Source: the human T2T-CHM13v2.0 reference genome, Homo sapiens. From it: 64,000 nt of DNA. Positions 1-18,819 of this stretch are shown piece by piece (positions within the stretch are counted from its first letter, which is position 1; every line of letters starts with the position of its first letter). The notes beneath the pieces were generated by a model. It worked only from the letters and a program-made list of their open reading frames with translations, was not told the origin of the DNA and made no database searches. The DNA is taken from assembly GCF_009914755.1 (NCBI RefSeq), contig NC_060934.1. One strand, 5' to 3'. The translations under genes and the position numbers were made by a program.

Positions 1-3685
<3,685 letters not shown>

Positions 3686-3693
3686 AATAATTC

Positions 3694-3832
3694 TAAATTC
3701 AGGATACAGAATACACACTAGTACTGTAATGATAATATGTAAATCACTTATAACTCTAAATACTAAAAGATAAATGTTATTAAAAATAACTATAGCATCA
3801 GTAATTTGTTAATGGATATGCAATATGTAAAT
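3694..3832 (+). mobile_element. Sense-oriented L1M inter-ORF fragment abutting the minus-strand L1
   Basis: Resembles the remembered L1M inter-ORF spacer (TACTGTAATG...GTAAATCACTTATAACTCT...TATTAAAAATAACTATAGC). Confidence 0.5.
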
Positions 3833-6280
3833 AAATTCTTATTTTTAATCTAATCCATTAGGCAAAATTAATTACATTTCTAGTAGGAACTTAGCCATGT
3901 AATACATTTCTACAGTTCTTTGCATAGCTGTAAAATGATGTTGTCTATTACCTGAGGAGACCGCGGTGAGGAATGATGACAAAGTTATCATTAGATATAG
4001 GAATGATGATTCCTTATATCTTGAATCAGATCTTCAGATTAGATTAGGAATTGCTCTGAGACATTTATATTAAAAAGTGTGTATCTCAAAGGAAGTATTT
4101 GCTTTTCATTATTCTTTCTGTCCTTCATTAGAAAGGCCAGAATTATATTTTCTTCAGCTGAACATATATGACAGGAATTTTCTTTCTTGCACCAAGGATT
4201 AATAGTGAGATAGCTAGTTTATTTAGAAAAATAAAACACTGACTACATCACAAAATACTGTCTGCAAATTGAAAAATAATTTATGTGCTCTTTATTCTCT
4301 TTTAAATTTTCAGATATCAGCATGCACATTAGAATTGTTACTAAAATTATTAGTTATTACAATTTAAGTATTATATGAATATCCATGTTTACATTATTAG
4401 TAATATTTTATTTTCCCCAGGATAACTGTTACTAAAGCAGTGGCACATTGTACAACTGATGATGCCTTCAAATTGATAAAATATGATGACTATTTTAAGG
4501 ATGCTTAACATAATTTTTATGATGTCCTCCCCCACCCCTCACACATTAAATGTGTTGTTTTGTTGTTGTTGAACTGGGTTGATTACATTTTTGGCATCCC
4601 TTCTCGTTAGCCTCAGTGTCTCACCAGCTTTATTTACAAATGGTGTTTAAGTCTTCCTTTATTCTGCAGAGATGAATGTTTATTTCAGTGTGAATCAAAA
4701 AGCAAGGGGAACAGTGTCAATACTATTGGCTTTACTTTTAAGATATCACCTGCAGCTTTTCATCTTCTAATACGCTGTTTGGCGTATTCATTATACTTGT
4801 CTCAGAATAATAAATTACATGAAAGCACTGTGTTTTGAAATATGCCTTTCTTTTGTATTTTTCTAAAGGAGGTGTAGACTCAGAAGAAAATACCAGATTA
4901 TTGGAAAGTTTTGCAGTTTAAAGTAAGATTTCAGGGGAAAAATAAAGAAATTTGAGCCTTGGTGATTGCAATCTTAAATATTCTGGTTTTAGCTTCTTTG
5001 GTGTAGTCTGTAAATTGATTTAGCATATATATAGGGAAGAAAAATTTGACCAAAGTCTGCGATATGTTCAATTAACAGTTTTATTGTGTTCTTAGAAAAT
5101 AAAATTGAACAAATTATTCACTTATTTTAAAGTTAAAACTTTTACATTGTTTCACATTCTCTCTTAATTGAGAGAAATGCTAAATGTTAAACATGGAGAA
5201 GGTTGTCTAAATGGTTAGTTCACAGCTTGGAAATTTTCCATCTGCTACTTCAGTCATTTGTAGTCACATTCAAATATAGTAGAATGCCTGTAAAGATGGA
5301 AAATGTCATTGAATCTTTGTTATAAAGCAAAAGTATTTCAAAAATTGCTGATTGGCTACCAGAGACAGAAAAAAAAAAGCACTGCATAGTTTGTGGCAAA
5401 CAGCTATAACACAGTTGTTATAATAATAGTATCCAAAGAATAGCTATGCTTTCATAAAACCTTTTCACCTAGAAAGTATATCTAACACAGACACTTCAAT
5501 AAAATCATACTAAACATAGTTCTTTCAGCTTGTGAGTATAACTCCAAGTTATTGTAGTAAGTGAAATAGAAGAAATGGATGATATTCCCCCAAAGCTATA
5601 GATATTTAAACATTTTAAATATTCTAAAGAGACTGTTTAAGCTTCAAATACGCTTTTAGATTTTTATATTAAATATATTTCTTAACTCAAAAAGTCACAG
5701 GGAAAACGTATACGTTGTTAGCTACAGGTAGATATAAAGTACAATGATTCATATTAGTCAAGAAATTCATTCAGTAATCATATGTCTAAAGTTGGTAATA
5801 ATTTATCAAGGACTAGAGATGTTAAAATGTTGGTTTTATTTGCTTAATTATCAATGTGGGAATGGCTGTAGGGAGGGAAGTCTAGTATAAAACAAGTTGG
5901 AAAATCTATTTTACCAGAGAGAATATATTAATGTAGCCTGAAGTTTGTCATATGTGTTACAGTGAACTTACAGAGCGAGGAGTTAGATCACTGAGTCCAT
6001 TTGGAGCCTGAGACATCTACTTATGAAATCTTCCACATGACAGATGTACAGGTAGTTTGGTTCCCCTGTGGCTCAGAGATGTGGAAGAAGATCAGATCAA
6101 ACCAGACTAATCTCTGCTTCTTAGTGAGTGCAAACTTCAGTCATATGCATTTCATCTTTTCAATTTTTGTTTCATCGGCAAAGATTTTAGTGTTCTTTGT
6201 TTAAAGAGACTTAAATCTATCATTGCTACCAACTTTAGCCTTATTCTAAGCAATTATAGGCCAACAAAACCCTATAAGCT

Positions 6281-6490
6281 TTGTAATAAGTTGAATATTT
6301 TCCCCACTCCACAATTCATATCTTGAAACCTTAATCCCCATTGAGATGGTATTTGGAAGTGGGGCCTTTGAGAGGTAATTTGGAGTAGATTAGGTCATGA
6401 GGATGAGGTTCTTATAATGGGATTAGTGCTCTTACAAAAAGAGGATGAGACAGGAGCTCTCACGCGCTCTCTCGCTCTCTTGCTCTCTCT
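6281..6490 (+). mobile_element. MaLR LTR fragment (MLT1/MST-like)
   Basis: AATTCATAT..GAAACCTTAATCCCCA..GGTATTTGGAAGTGGGGCCTTTG..GGGATTAGTGCTCTTA pattern. Confidence 0.65.
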
Positions 6491-7154
6491 TTCTATATAC
6501 TGCATAGTCATTTCTAGCATCACCTGAGTTAAGAGTGTGATACTTTAGAAAATACTCTTCTAAGTATTTGCAAAGTTAAATGAGTTGACCTCATGTCCCT
6601 TAGAGGAAAGTCTAAACAATGTGTGAGGACCAGAGAGTCCGTCAGGAATCCTGCAGTCCTTGTCATGCCTCAGTCACACATGAAGAACCGGCCTGACCAT
6701 GTTTCTGGATTCTATTTTACTTCCACATCACAGAGTCTGTGAAATCAGCTGCAACTCCATCTTCCCAGTTACAACCACCACCAATTGCAAAGTTCAGCTC
6801 CAGAAGAAGAAACGCTTTTCTCATTTAGCTCTTTTAGTGCTCTTCTCTTCAATGCAAGACATTGGACTTACTTGGTTTGTAAAATTTCCTCATTCTGGTG
6901 GAGTAATAAGGAAGTAATGAGAATAGGACTAAGAATTATGAACTCTTAAAATGTTTTTGCTTAGAGTAGTTGTCCTTTTACTTATTCTCTGAAACCTTTT
7001 TAAGATAAAAATGAATTGTCTCTACTTTTCCTCAGTATGAACTCATCGGTCTCTCTTTCAAGTCATCCAACTCATGTCCATGATTTCTCTCTAATGATTA
7101 TTCTCTAGTTAAGTTGAAATCAGAACTAAAGATGCAGTTCAGACTGCTGGTTTT

Positions 7155-7437
7155 GCTGAGTGTGGTGGCTCATGCCTGTAATCCCAGGACTTTGGGAGGC
7201 CGAGGCGAGTGGATCACCTGAGGTCAGGAGTTTGAGACCAGCCTGGCCAACACGGTGAAACCCGGTCTCTACTGAAAATACAAAAACTTAGATGGGCATG
7301 GTGGTAGGTGCCTGTAATCCCAGCTACTCAGGACGCTGAGGCACAAGAATCGCTTGAACTGGGAGGCAGAAGTTGCAGTGATTTGAGATCGCGCCACTGC
7401 ACTCCAGCCTGGGCCACAGTGAGACTGTCTCTCTCTC

Positions 7438-7502
<65 letters not shown>
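7155..7502 (+). mobile_element. AluS-type SINE whose tail is a (CT)n(CA)n compound microsatellite
   Basis: Alu dimer 7155-~7428. TSD CAGACTGCTG(G/A)TTTT at 7140-7154 and 7503-7517. Confidence 0.9.
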
Positions 7503-7503
<1 letters not shown>

Positions 7504-7929
7504 AGACTGCTGATTTTAGTAGTATGGAAGACCAGATGACCTAAAAACTGTGACACTATTTATTCCTAGAAATGTTAACTATAACATAGCGTGCATTGAT
7601 TTAAATGTCAAGCTGAGCTTAAAAAGGGGAAATCTCCAGGTGAGAGAAAAAAAGAGAGAGTATTGAGAAATAGAACAGAAAGACAAAGCAAATGCCAGAG
7701 TTAGGAAGTAAGAGCATATGGGATGGACAAGATGGAGAGAAAGGGGAGAGGAGAGCCAGAAGTGACTGAATTGCAAAAGAAGCACAATTAGGCTGATGAC
7801 TGACTGCTTAACAGCAAGAACAGAAGTCAGAGGACAGATATAATTTTCAGAGTTCTAAAAACTATTAATTGTTAGCCTAAAGCAAAGCAAAACTTTTTCA
7901 GGAAAGAGGGTTAAGATGGCATTCAAAGG

Positions 7930-7932
<3 letters not shown>

Positions 7933-7975
<43 letters not shown>

Positions 7976-7977
7976 CA
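7933..7977. repeat. (CA)n microsatellite
   Basis: Direct read. Confidence 0.95.
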
Positions 7978-8607
7978 AAATAATATTATTTCACTGCACC
8001 AGATTCTGCAGTTCAGACAAATGAACTATGTAAATGTGAATCTCAGAAAGACACAAAATGAGCTCAACCAGGGATGTGATGAAAAATGGGAAACACATGG
8101 ATAAACCTAAATATACGAATGAATGGCAAGTACATAATGCATGTTGAATGTTTATATACTGCTGGGAAGTATAGAATTACTTTGAAAACTGGTTTGGCAT
8201 TATCTCCTAAAGTTGAAATTGTACATACCCCGTAACCAAGCAATTCCGTTTCTAGATACATAAGGAGAAATGTACAAAATGAGAAAACAATACCTTAGAA
8301 GAATCAACCCCAAAATCATTAACGGTAGAATGGCTAACTACAATATATTTTCATATAATAAAATACTAGACAGCATTCAGAATTACTGAATTACAATATA
8401 CACATTAACACTAATGAATTAAAGTACTATCTTGAGGAAAATACCACATGGCATTGGTTAAAATCTCTAATCGTTATAATCTCTGTTGCTGATACAGAGA
8501 AAGCTTCCATTCATCTAAAGTTAAAAACCCAAATACCATTTTATTTAAAAAGGACCTCCCTGATGTTTACTATATTCTGTCACTATTATTAGAATTTTAA
8601 AATGTTA

Positions 8608-8907
<300 letters not shown>

Positions 8908-9624
8908 TCATTTAATCACATAACAACCTAATGAAATAGAAACTGTGAGAGGATATTTGGTGTACTTGCAAATGAAAAAAATCATAAAAGCAAATAAATG
9001 AAAAATAATTCAGTATACTACTCACCTTGAGAGATGAGCAATGAGGGGTTAGAATCAGCAAGAAAAACACTGGAGGCTTCAAAACTATCAGGAAATTGAC
9101 ATTTCATTTTATTCATGTGTAATAAAAATTTATACATTTCATAATAAAATGTAAACAAGTGAGAAAAGTTTGTGCTGCTCAATAGACTAATAGATCAAAA
9201 CTGGCTATTTATATAAATTAGATTATAATCATAGATAATATACAATAAAGTCTAAAGTAAAGACTTAAATGTGCAAACCACAACTATCAAAATTTAAAAA
9301 TTATAGAAACATCTCGAATATTAGAGAAAAAAATTAGAGAAACTTTAAGGCATTAATCATAGAAGTAGTGATTGATAAATTAAAGGTCATTAAATTTTTT
9401 TTTATTTTGAAGGACACCATACAAAACAAAAAGACATTTCACAGACTAGGAGAATATATTTGTCATACAGATAAATAAGAGGATTAGAGTGGAGTTTGTG
9501 GAATATAAACCTGTAAATAAGAAAACTATAATCCAATTGGAAAAAGAATAGGAGATATGAACCATCAGTTATAAGCCAGAGCAAAATACCAAAGTGGCCC
9601 TTTAAAAGTATTTAAAAATATTTC

Positions 9625-10272
9625 ATTTTAAATTTTATCTTTTATTTATTTTTATTATATTTTAAGTTCCGGGATACATGTGTAGAACGTGCAGGTTTGT
9701 TACATAGGTATACATGTGCCATGGTGGTTTGCTGCACCCATCAACCTTTCATCTAGGTTTTAAGCCGTGCATGCATTAGGTATTTGTCCTAATGCTATCC
9801 CTCCCCTTGCCCTCCACCCACCACAGGCTCCGGTGTGTAATATTCCCCTCCTTGTGTCCATGTGTTCTTGTTGTTCAACTCCCACTGTGAGTGAGAACAT
9901 GTGGTGTTTGGTTTTCCGTTCCTGTGTTAGTTTGCTGAGAATGATGGTTTCCAGCTTCATCCACGTCCCTGCAAAGGACATGAACTCATTCTTTTTTATG
10001 GCTGCATAGTATTCCATGGTGTATATGTGCCACATTTTCTTTATCCAGTCTATCATTGATGGACATTTGGGTTGGTTCCAAATGTTTGCTATTGTAAATA
10101 GTGCTGCAATAAACATATGTGTGCATGTATCTTTATAGTAGAATAATTTATAATCCTTTGGGTATATATCCAGTAATGGGATTCCTGGGTCAAATGGTAT
10201 TTCTGGTTCTAAATCCTTGAGGAATTGCCACACTGTCTTCCACAATGGTTAAACTAATTTACACTCCCACCC
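9625..10272 (-). mobile_element. 5'-truncated L1PA7/8-like 3' end inserted into an older sense L1M remnant
   Basis: ORF2 C-terminus (ORF 9760-10245) plus 3'UTR and T-rich tail. TSD AAAATATTTC at 9615-9624 and 10273-10282. Confidence 0.88.
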
Positions 10273-10964
10273 AAAATATTTCTTGATGTAAAAATTATAT
10301 AATTTTTACAATCTCAATAATTTTCATAATTTCCATAATTGGGAAAATACAAATTAAAATGTCAAATGTGAAATGCAAGGATGTGGAGCAACAGGAATTC
10401 ACGTTCATTGCTGGTAGAAATACCAAGTTATATAGCCGCTTTGAAAAAGGTTTGATATTTTCTTTTAGAATTAAACATAGTCTTACCATGTCATCCAGCA
10501 ATCAAGTGCTTTAGTATTTACCCAAATGAGTATATTCACACAAAAAACCTAGATACAGATAGGTGTTTATAGCAGCTTTATTCACAATTGCTAAAACTTG
10601 GAAGCAACCAGGATGTCCTTCAGTAGATAAATAGGTAATAAACTGGATCACATCCAGATAAAAATATTATTCAATGCTAAATAAATGAGCTGTCAAGCTG
10701 AGATATGAAGGAAATTTACCTGCCTGTTACTAAGCAGAAGAAGCCAATATGAAAAGGCTACATACCCTATGATTCTGACAATATGACGTTCTGGAAAAAA
10801 GCAAAACTATGGAGATAGTAAAAACATTAGTGTTTGCCATTGTTTAGGGGAGAGGGTAGGATGCATAGATGGAGGATTTTTAGAGCAGTAAAACTAGTCT
10901 GCATGATACTGTAATTGCTGATCTAAGTGCTGACAGGAATAGGGTGTCAGATTTGGGGTTGATG

Positions 10965-12070
10965 AAAACAAAAAGATATGCCAGTGTCCAACAAGCATAG
11001 GAAAACATGCTCAACATGATCAAATAAGGAAAATGGAAATCAAAACCACAATGAGACATCACCTCATACCCATTAGGATGGCCACTATCCAAATAATGAA
11101 AAATAGCATTATGAGACTATAGAGAGATCAAAATTCTTGTGCATTCCTGGTGGGACTGTAAAGTGGTTTAGCCATTATGGAAAGCAGTATGACCATTCCT
11201 CAAAAAATTAAAAATAGAATTATCCTATGATGTAGCAATGCTACTTTCAGATACATATCCAAAATAATTCAAGCAGAATCTTGAGATTTTTGCCTCCCCT
11301 TGTGTCATTGCCACATTATTCACAATAGCTAAGAGGTAGAATAACCCAAATGTCTATTAACAGATGATTGGATAAAGAAAATGTGGTATATACATACAAT
11401 GGAATATCATGCAGCCTTAAGGGGGAAGGAAATCCCATCACATGCTGCCACATAGATGCTGTGGACTGAACGTATTTTCCCAAAATTTATATGTTGACAT
11501 TCCAACCCCCAACGTGATGGTATTTGTATGTGGGATAATTAGGTCAGGAGAGTAAAGCTTTCATGGATGGAATCAATGCCTTTATAAAAAGACAGGAGAG
11601 AGCTTGCTTTTTCTCTCCCTATTCTCTACCATGTGAGGATACAAGGAGAAAATGGCCATCAGCAAACCAGGAAGTGGGCCAGACACCACTTCTGCTGGCA
11701 CCTTGAGCTTACACTTCCCAGCCTTCAGAACTAAGATAAATAAATGGCTGTTTAAGACACTCAGTGTGTAATGTGTTATAGCAGCCTGAACTGACTAAGA
11801 CAATGGATTAACCTCGAGGACATCATGCTAAGCTAAATAAGCCAGTCAGGAAAGTACAACCATTGTAGGACTCAACTCATATGAATTATTTAAGGTAGTC
11901 AATATCGTAGAAACAAATGTAGAAAGGTGCTTGCCGAGAGCTGGGGGGAGGCAGGAAGGAAGGGGAACAAGTGTTTAATGGCTATAGTTTCTGGTTTTTG
12001 AGATTAAAAAAAGCTCTAAAGATCTGTTGTACAACCTTGTGAATAGCCTTAATACTATTTACCACAATAA
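10965..12070 (+). mobile_element. Old L1MB-like 3' end, split by a MaLR LTR
   Basis: ATCAAAACCACAATGAGAC..., GGATAAAGAAAATGTGGTATATACATACAATGGAATA; sequence resumes after the LTR. Confidence 0.75.
11457..11802 (+). mobile_element. MaLR solo LTR (MLT1A/MST-like)
   Basis: TG...CA termini (TGCTGTGGACTGAA...CTGACTAAGACA). 5-bp TSD ATAGA/ATGGA. Confidence 0.85.
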
Positions 12071-12511
12071 AAACAATTAGAAAACAAACATGAGAAAATA
12101 CAAATTGGTACAAACTAGTATTCGGATAAGGGTCCCTCTGAAGGCATTAGTGAAGGGGTAGAAAGAGGAAGAATGAGGTCTGAGCTTTATAGAAAGGTTT
12201 TCTTTCTTTCTATTCTTTCTTCCTCATTTATTTGTTAATATAAGGATCTGAAACAATGCTATAATAACAATTTATTTAGTCTTAGTGGTGGAGTCATGTA
12301 TCTATTATATAATTTTCTTAATTTATATGAATGTTTAAAGTTATTCATAATTAAAGTCATTTTTTTAAAGAAAAGATGTAATTGAATCTGAAGCAGTTCA
12401 GTCGATGTCTTCTTTGTCTCAAATGCAAAGTTATTGACACTCAATTCGCTGGGCTTCTGTCCTGCCCTGAAATGTTCTTCTCTTGAAGGAAGAATAATAA
12501 AATCAGAAATC

Positions 12512-12821
12512 GGCCGGGTGCGGTGGCTCACGCCTGTAATCCCAGCACTTTGGGAGGCCAAGGCGGGCAGATCACGAGGTCAGGAGATCAAGACCATCCT
12601 GGTTAACACAGTGAAAACCCGTCTCTACTAAAAATACAAAAAAATTAGCCTGGCGTGGTGGCGGGCGCCTGTAGTCCCCACTACTCAGGTGGCTGAGGCA
12701 GGAGAATGGTGTGAACCCGGGAGGCGGAGCTTGCAGTGAGTGGAGATCGCGACACTGCACTCCAGCCTGGGCGACAGAGCGAGACTCTGTCTCAAAAAAT
12801 AAAAATAAAAATAAAATAAAA
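12512..12821 (+). mobile_element. AluY SINE
   Basis: Full dimer. 16-bp TSD AATAAAATCAGAAATC at 12496-12511 and 12822-12837. Confidence 0.95.
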
Positions 12822-14002
12822 AATAAAATCAGAAATCAGTAAATCCTAGGTATTTGTGACTAGAAGTGTATTATCGAGCAAGTTTAAAGTAGTACAGTCA
12901 GTGAAGAACATCATATATGTGTTTCCATTTAGCTGTTTATTGAAGTTTCTGTGTATTAAGGTAAGATGATTAATTGTAAATGTCTATTTCCATAAATATA
13001 CATAATATACAGCAATGTGAAGAATAGGAAAACATGTGTGATCCACTGTTTTTTAAGACTTTTACTGTTCTAGTAATGTGTATTTACCCTGAGCTTGGAA
13101 CACAAATTTACCCATTCTCTCTTGAAATTAACGCATTTCAAAATGGCTGCCTAAATTGGAGCATAGAACATTTTTCTCAGTGCAAATGACAGTCATCTCT
13201 GTGGAATTAAAATCTTTGTCTTAAACTAAAACTTTATTATCTAAATATGGAACAGACCAGCTTGGATGAGCATGTGCTGAAGTGAAAGAGCTTGACATCC
13301 TGCTTTGGTTAAAGGCAAACTTTCATTGAAACTTTGACAAAATACGTCACTTTCCAGATGCCATTTTTGATATAGGACATACAAATAAAAAGTTTACATG
13401 CATCTTCTAATGCATTTTAATTATATATATATATTTTCAGTAAAATTATGTAAGTAAATTATGCTCTGAAATGGCACAACAAATTTAGCGATCAAATTAG
13501 AAGATTATTTTTAAGACCTTGTATTTAAACATTTTAAAAGGATGATTTTCAAAGAAATTTGTTCCATATATTCCACTGAGACATATAAAATATCCATCAA
13601 CCTGGCCATTGAATGTTTTGCAGTCCTCAGCAAATTCCCTCAGAAGTGATTTTTATAATCTCATTATAGATTTATTTGAAAATAATTTTTCATCAAGGCT
13701 AGCGAATTTTTCTTTCTCTGATTCAGACTCTGTCCTTCAAGATCTTCAAAGTCATCAGCATTCAAAAATGATAAAATGATTCCCTTTTTAATTTTTTTTC
13801 ACGTTTTATTATAACGTTGGATCCGTCAGATTTCTATGGAAGGTAATAACTTTGACCTCTAATTGAGTTCTTATGTTTGTTCAATGAGTTAGACGTGAGT
13901 ATATCCAACTGGATGTGAGATAAAGTTTCCAACCTGTTAGGATCTCCTTTTTTTTTGTGGTGTTGTCATTGGCTTTCTATTTTAGGATAGAAAATATTTC
14001 TT

Positions 14003-14351
<349 letters not shown>

Positions 14352-15540
14352 AGAAAATATTTCTTATCCCTAAAAACTGACTCCTCTTCTATATTTTATA
14401 TATCTGATCTTGGGGAATAGAATGCTCATTTACTTAACAATCTATTAATCATTTCAAACTCACCCCTAAGGGATCAGAATACTATTTCCTTGGTCTTAAT
14501 CTCTCATGTAGACTGAGCTCTACCTGGTAGCCTAATATTCCTGGTCTCTCTTCATCCTCTTATTCATTCCTTCCCAGAGGAAGGAAGAGCAACAATGGAT
14601 TGGTGAGTTTTCAAGAAGAATCTGAGTATGCATGCCTGGTCCCTCACCTCCTCTTTTCTTTTTAATGTTTACTAGCTGAGGAAATATGAAATCTGGTCAA
14701 CTCTCCTTGCTATAGTTTCACACAGGGTAGCCTGGAAGACATAGTTCGGGGTCTTATTTCTGGGTTTCACATTTTAGAAGACCACTTGTCTACAGAAATA
14801 GGAAATTTTCTTCTTTAGCTATATCAATAAAAAGTTGATATTTTGATCTATCTTCAATCTTAGGTCTTAATTGCCTCTGCATTTGAGCTAAGAAATAAAC
14901 TACTAGTTATTGGACTTTCCCCAGATTCCCAACAGCATGTAAATCCCCAGTCCTCCAGATACTGGACATTTAATATTGCTCAGATTTTTGCTCTTTCCTT
15001 TAAACCATCTCTGTTTTGGTTTATTAGTTGACTGGATTAAAGAAAGAGGTTAACTATTCTAACTATTATTTTTTTTCCAATGTTAGAGCAACCTACAATT
15101 CATGCTTCACACTGATGCCAAAAAGTGCATCTTGAAATAGACATTTTATATCTTGTTATTTCTCCATATTTTTGTGTGTTTATTTCAGACTCCCAGGTTG
15201 ATTTCAGCTGGCTCTTTATGGTAACTGTCTGCTCTCCAGTTCCATATCTAATGAGTCAATCAGACACATGCTTATCATATCACAAGATATTATCATGTTA
15301 AATTCTCACAGTATTTAAAATAAAAAAAACAGTTTAATGTATTTCCATGCATTCACACAAGTTTTTTCTCATTGCCCATAAAGACCTTGTATTCTTTTTC
15401 ACCTGGCAAGATGAGCTCATCAACCTTTGAAAGTTTAAGCATCAGCTTGCCACGGCATCTTATTTGACTCCCATCTGATATATGGTTTTCCTCTGTTTTC
15501 TTTCAATACACTGTGAAATCTTCCATTTGTTATTTTATTC

Positions 15541-15650
15541 ATTCATCCACTCTGGTATTCATTCATCTGTCCATCCATCCATCCATCCATCCATCCATCC
15601 ATCCATCCATCCATCTATCCATCCATCCATCTGTCCATCTATCCATCCAT
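15541..15650. repeat. (TCCA)n tetranucleotide repeat within L2-like remnants
   Basis: Direct read. Confidence 0.9.
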
Positions 15651-15859
15651 TTATTCACTTGTCAATGTTAGTATACCTACCATATGCCATGGTCCATGAA
15701 TTGTGCTATGGATGCAGGGATGAAAGATGCCATTCTTGCTTCCCTGGGGTTATATCTTTACCATAAATTTATCCCAAATACCTGTAATGAAAGATACATC
15801 TGACTGCCTTGCCCACTAGATGTAAACTATTTAATGGCAGAGATGGCATATTTGACTTG

Positions 15860-16544
15860 TGTTCTGTGCAAAAAATGCACGAGGAGAGAAGGAAAGACAC
15901 ACACACAATACCTTTAAGGGTAAACAAGCTTTATCCCACATAAATAGCAATGCAGATATAATAAGCAAATGATATAATAAGCAAATTAACATAAGCAAAT
16001 TGATATAATAAGCAAATGATATAATAAGTAAATTGCAATGGGAAGGGGAGAAGGGAAAAATATATACATATTTACACTCACCAGACTATGGACGATTCAC
16101 CACCAAACTGGGAAGCAACAGCCTGGGCTCCAGAGTTGGACACTGCACTCACCAGACAATGGAGGATTCACCACTAGGCCCAGAAGCAGCGGCCTAGGCT
16201 CCAGAGTTGGCCAGTCGTCCATGCACAGAGGAGGAGAGGTCTCATGAAGCTTCGGAGCAGCCTGGGACCCTAGCTCTTTTTGTAATGAGTTGTTTGGCAT
16301 GAGGTCCAGTCACAAGGGTCCTTTGTGACTGGGCCCAAGGAACACAAAAAGGTTGACTTGTTTTTGTGATTGTTGTTGTTTTTCAATAACTAACATATAG
16401 GAATAGATTGAAATAGAGATTTCTTCTAAACAACACTGGATGAAAGCCTGAAGGGGCTCACACAACCCGTTCTGGGACTTGGTGATCATTCTTTGTGTCC
16501 ATGTTCAATTTAGTTCAGGTTTAATATTTAACTTTTTCTCCACA
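15860..16544 (-). mobile_element. ERVL-class solo LTR, LTR18B-like, inserted in an L2 3'-end remnant
   Basis: Minus strand reads TGTGGAGAAAAAGTTAAATATTAAA...GCACAGAACA (TG..CA). 5-bp TSD ACTTG/GCTTG. Family name is from recalled consensus. Confidence 0.75.
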
Positions 16545-17151
16545 GCTTGGATTCCCTGCATCTACCACGTGTATGGCACAGACATGTTATCAATACATGT
16601 TTATTGAATAACTAATAAATCAGTCAACATCTATAAATGTCTTCCATCCTCAGTAATTTCAGAAATTGTAATCTTGTACAAAATTTCTAGATGAGGATTT
16701 CTGGTTTGACTCTTTCCTGAAACCTTGAATTTTAAATAAGTGAAAATATGTTAAACAAAGATGAGGAGATGTTAGATTTATTGTAGCAGTGGAAGAACAA
16801 AGGTTATTTACCTAGTAAGTTAGAAAGTTATTTAGATCTTTACTCTGGCTCTTAATTCCAGAATCTGAAACTCCCTTGGTTCCTGCTGATTCTCTAAGCC
16901 CTGGCCTTGGGCCTCCCATTGATTTGGTGAGCTCTGAATAGCTTTCCAGTAATTTCCATCTGTACCATCATCATTTGTCATGATCAAAGATGTTTAGTTA
17001 TTTACTGTTACTAAAAACAAGAACCTCGATTTTATTTTAGCAGAGTAGCTGATACTACCCACTGTTCTCTATGATATTGTGGGGCATATTTAGAAAGCTT
17101 CATTGTGTAAAATCTCTAAAGCAGTAGAAAACCAGAAAACCTGCTAAATGA

Positions 17152-17394
<243 letters not shown>

Positions 17395-18819
17395 TAGAAA
17401 ATGCAAGTGTAATCTCTAAGTAGCACAGCCTAGCATCATAGTTAGATATATTCAACATGAGTTAGAGCAACTTCTAAATGTAACAGTTATTCATACAGAA
17501 AATTGTAATGGAAGAATCAGAATGCATTTTCTGCCAGGCCCCGTAAGTGGTAAGTGTCTTTAGATTAACGTTTTGGATTCAAAACTATCGTTTTCACAAA
17601 CTTTACTTGACTCTGGGAGTAGCATTTAGTAGCTCTTTCCATCCATTCCCTTTGATCTGTACTCCTCACACTATAAAATAGGGAATGTTTAGGGAGGTAG
17701 CTTTATAGTACTGTCAAATTAATTTATTCAAATTTTGCCATTGCCAAAATGCACATACAACATTAGTACTATTAAAATATGCAGAGTTCATGAGAAAACC
17801 TATCTTAATGCAAATGAGACCTTTATCCCCTGTGTCCTGGTTTTTACCTGCCAATTCAATGGTTCCTGCCAATTCAATGGCTTTTCCTAAATGGATCAAA
17901 GACAAACTATTTAGTTTAAAAATGGGCTTCTCAGCCAAAGATACAGTCTAAGAGGAGAAAAATTAATCTGTGTCTTAATGAGCAAAGCATAAGATCAGAA
18001 GGGTAAACACTTTGAAATATCTTTCCCTTCCCTGTTCTTCATGGAGTAGCCTGTGAATTGACTGTACCATCATATTTCTCAAGTGTCTTGATAATATTAA
18101 GGGCTTAGAACAGACAGATAACACAGAGAGAGTAGTGAAACCCTTGTTTTATGTCAACCTTGTGAAGAAATTCTAGGACTTAAGAAATCCAGTGAGGTTC
18201 ATATTTATTCTTTTAATCTAGAAAAAAATGTTTTTTAATGTACAAATACACCACCAATTAACTATCTAATCTAGACTAAAAAAGTCATAAAATCAAAGCT
18301 GACTCACTTCATGCATAAGATGAGACAGTAATTAACTCAAGCTAGCCAGGGATTTATATCATGCATCACAGATGGAAAATAATACAATGGAAGGTGTGGT
18401 GGTGTTCAGACTTGCTCATCGGAAGGCATTCGAATCCCCTTATGATCTTATATAAGTTGTAGTGTTTGTAAGAGTTTATACAAAACCTAATTAATTACAC
18501 AAAATGAGTATCTTTAGGGAATACCGAATTTCCTCTAAGTTCAACTTTGCCGTTTTAGTGATGTCGTTTATGATTAGAGGGGAAGTTTTGATAAATTCTT
18601 TAAGTGTCCTAAATGAGTGCCTACTGTTAAGTTATTCTTAGTCAAATAGTTTTTATAATTTTGAACAAATATAAATGAATTATTACCATTTTATTTATGA
18701 ATAAACTGAGATATTGTCTCTTCCACCCTTTTGTAAGATAAAATAGTATGACAAATCTGCTTGTAAACTATACAGATTTTCTAACTGATTTTGAAAATTG
18801 TGATAAAAACACATAACAT

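Noticed and set aside
4300-4700. Pyrimidine-AG motifs (~4313, 4420, 4669) as the upstream MALRD1 exon
   Set aside because: I found no MAM/LDLa-like peptide with a matching phase-1 donor; the preceding exon probably lies outside the window.
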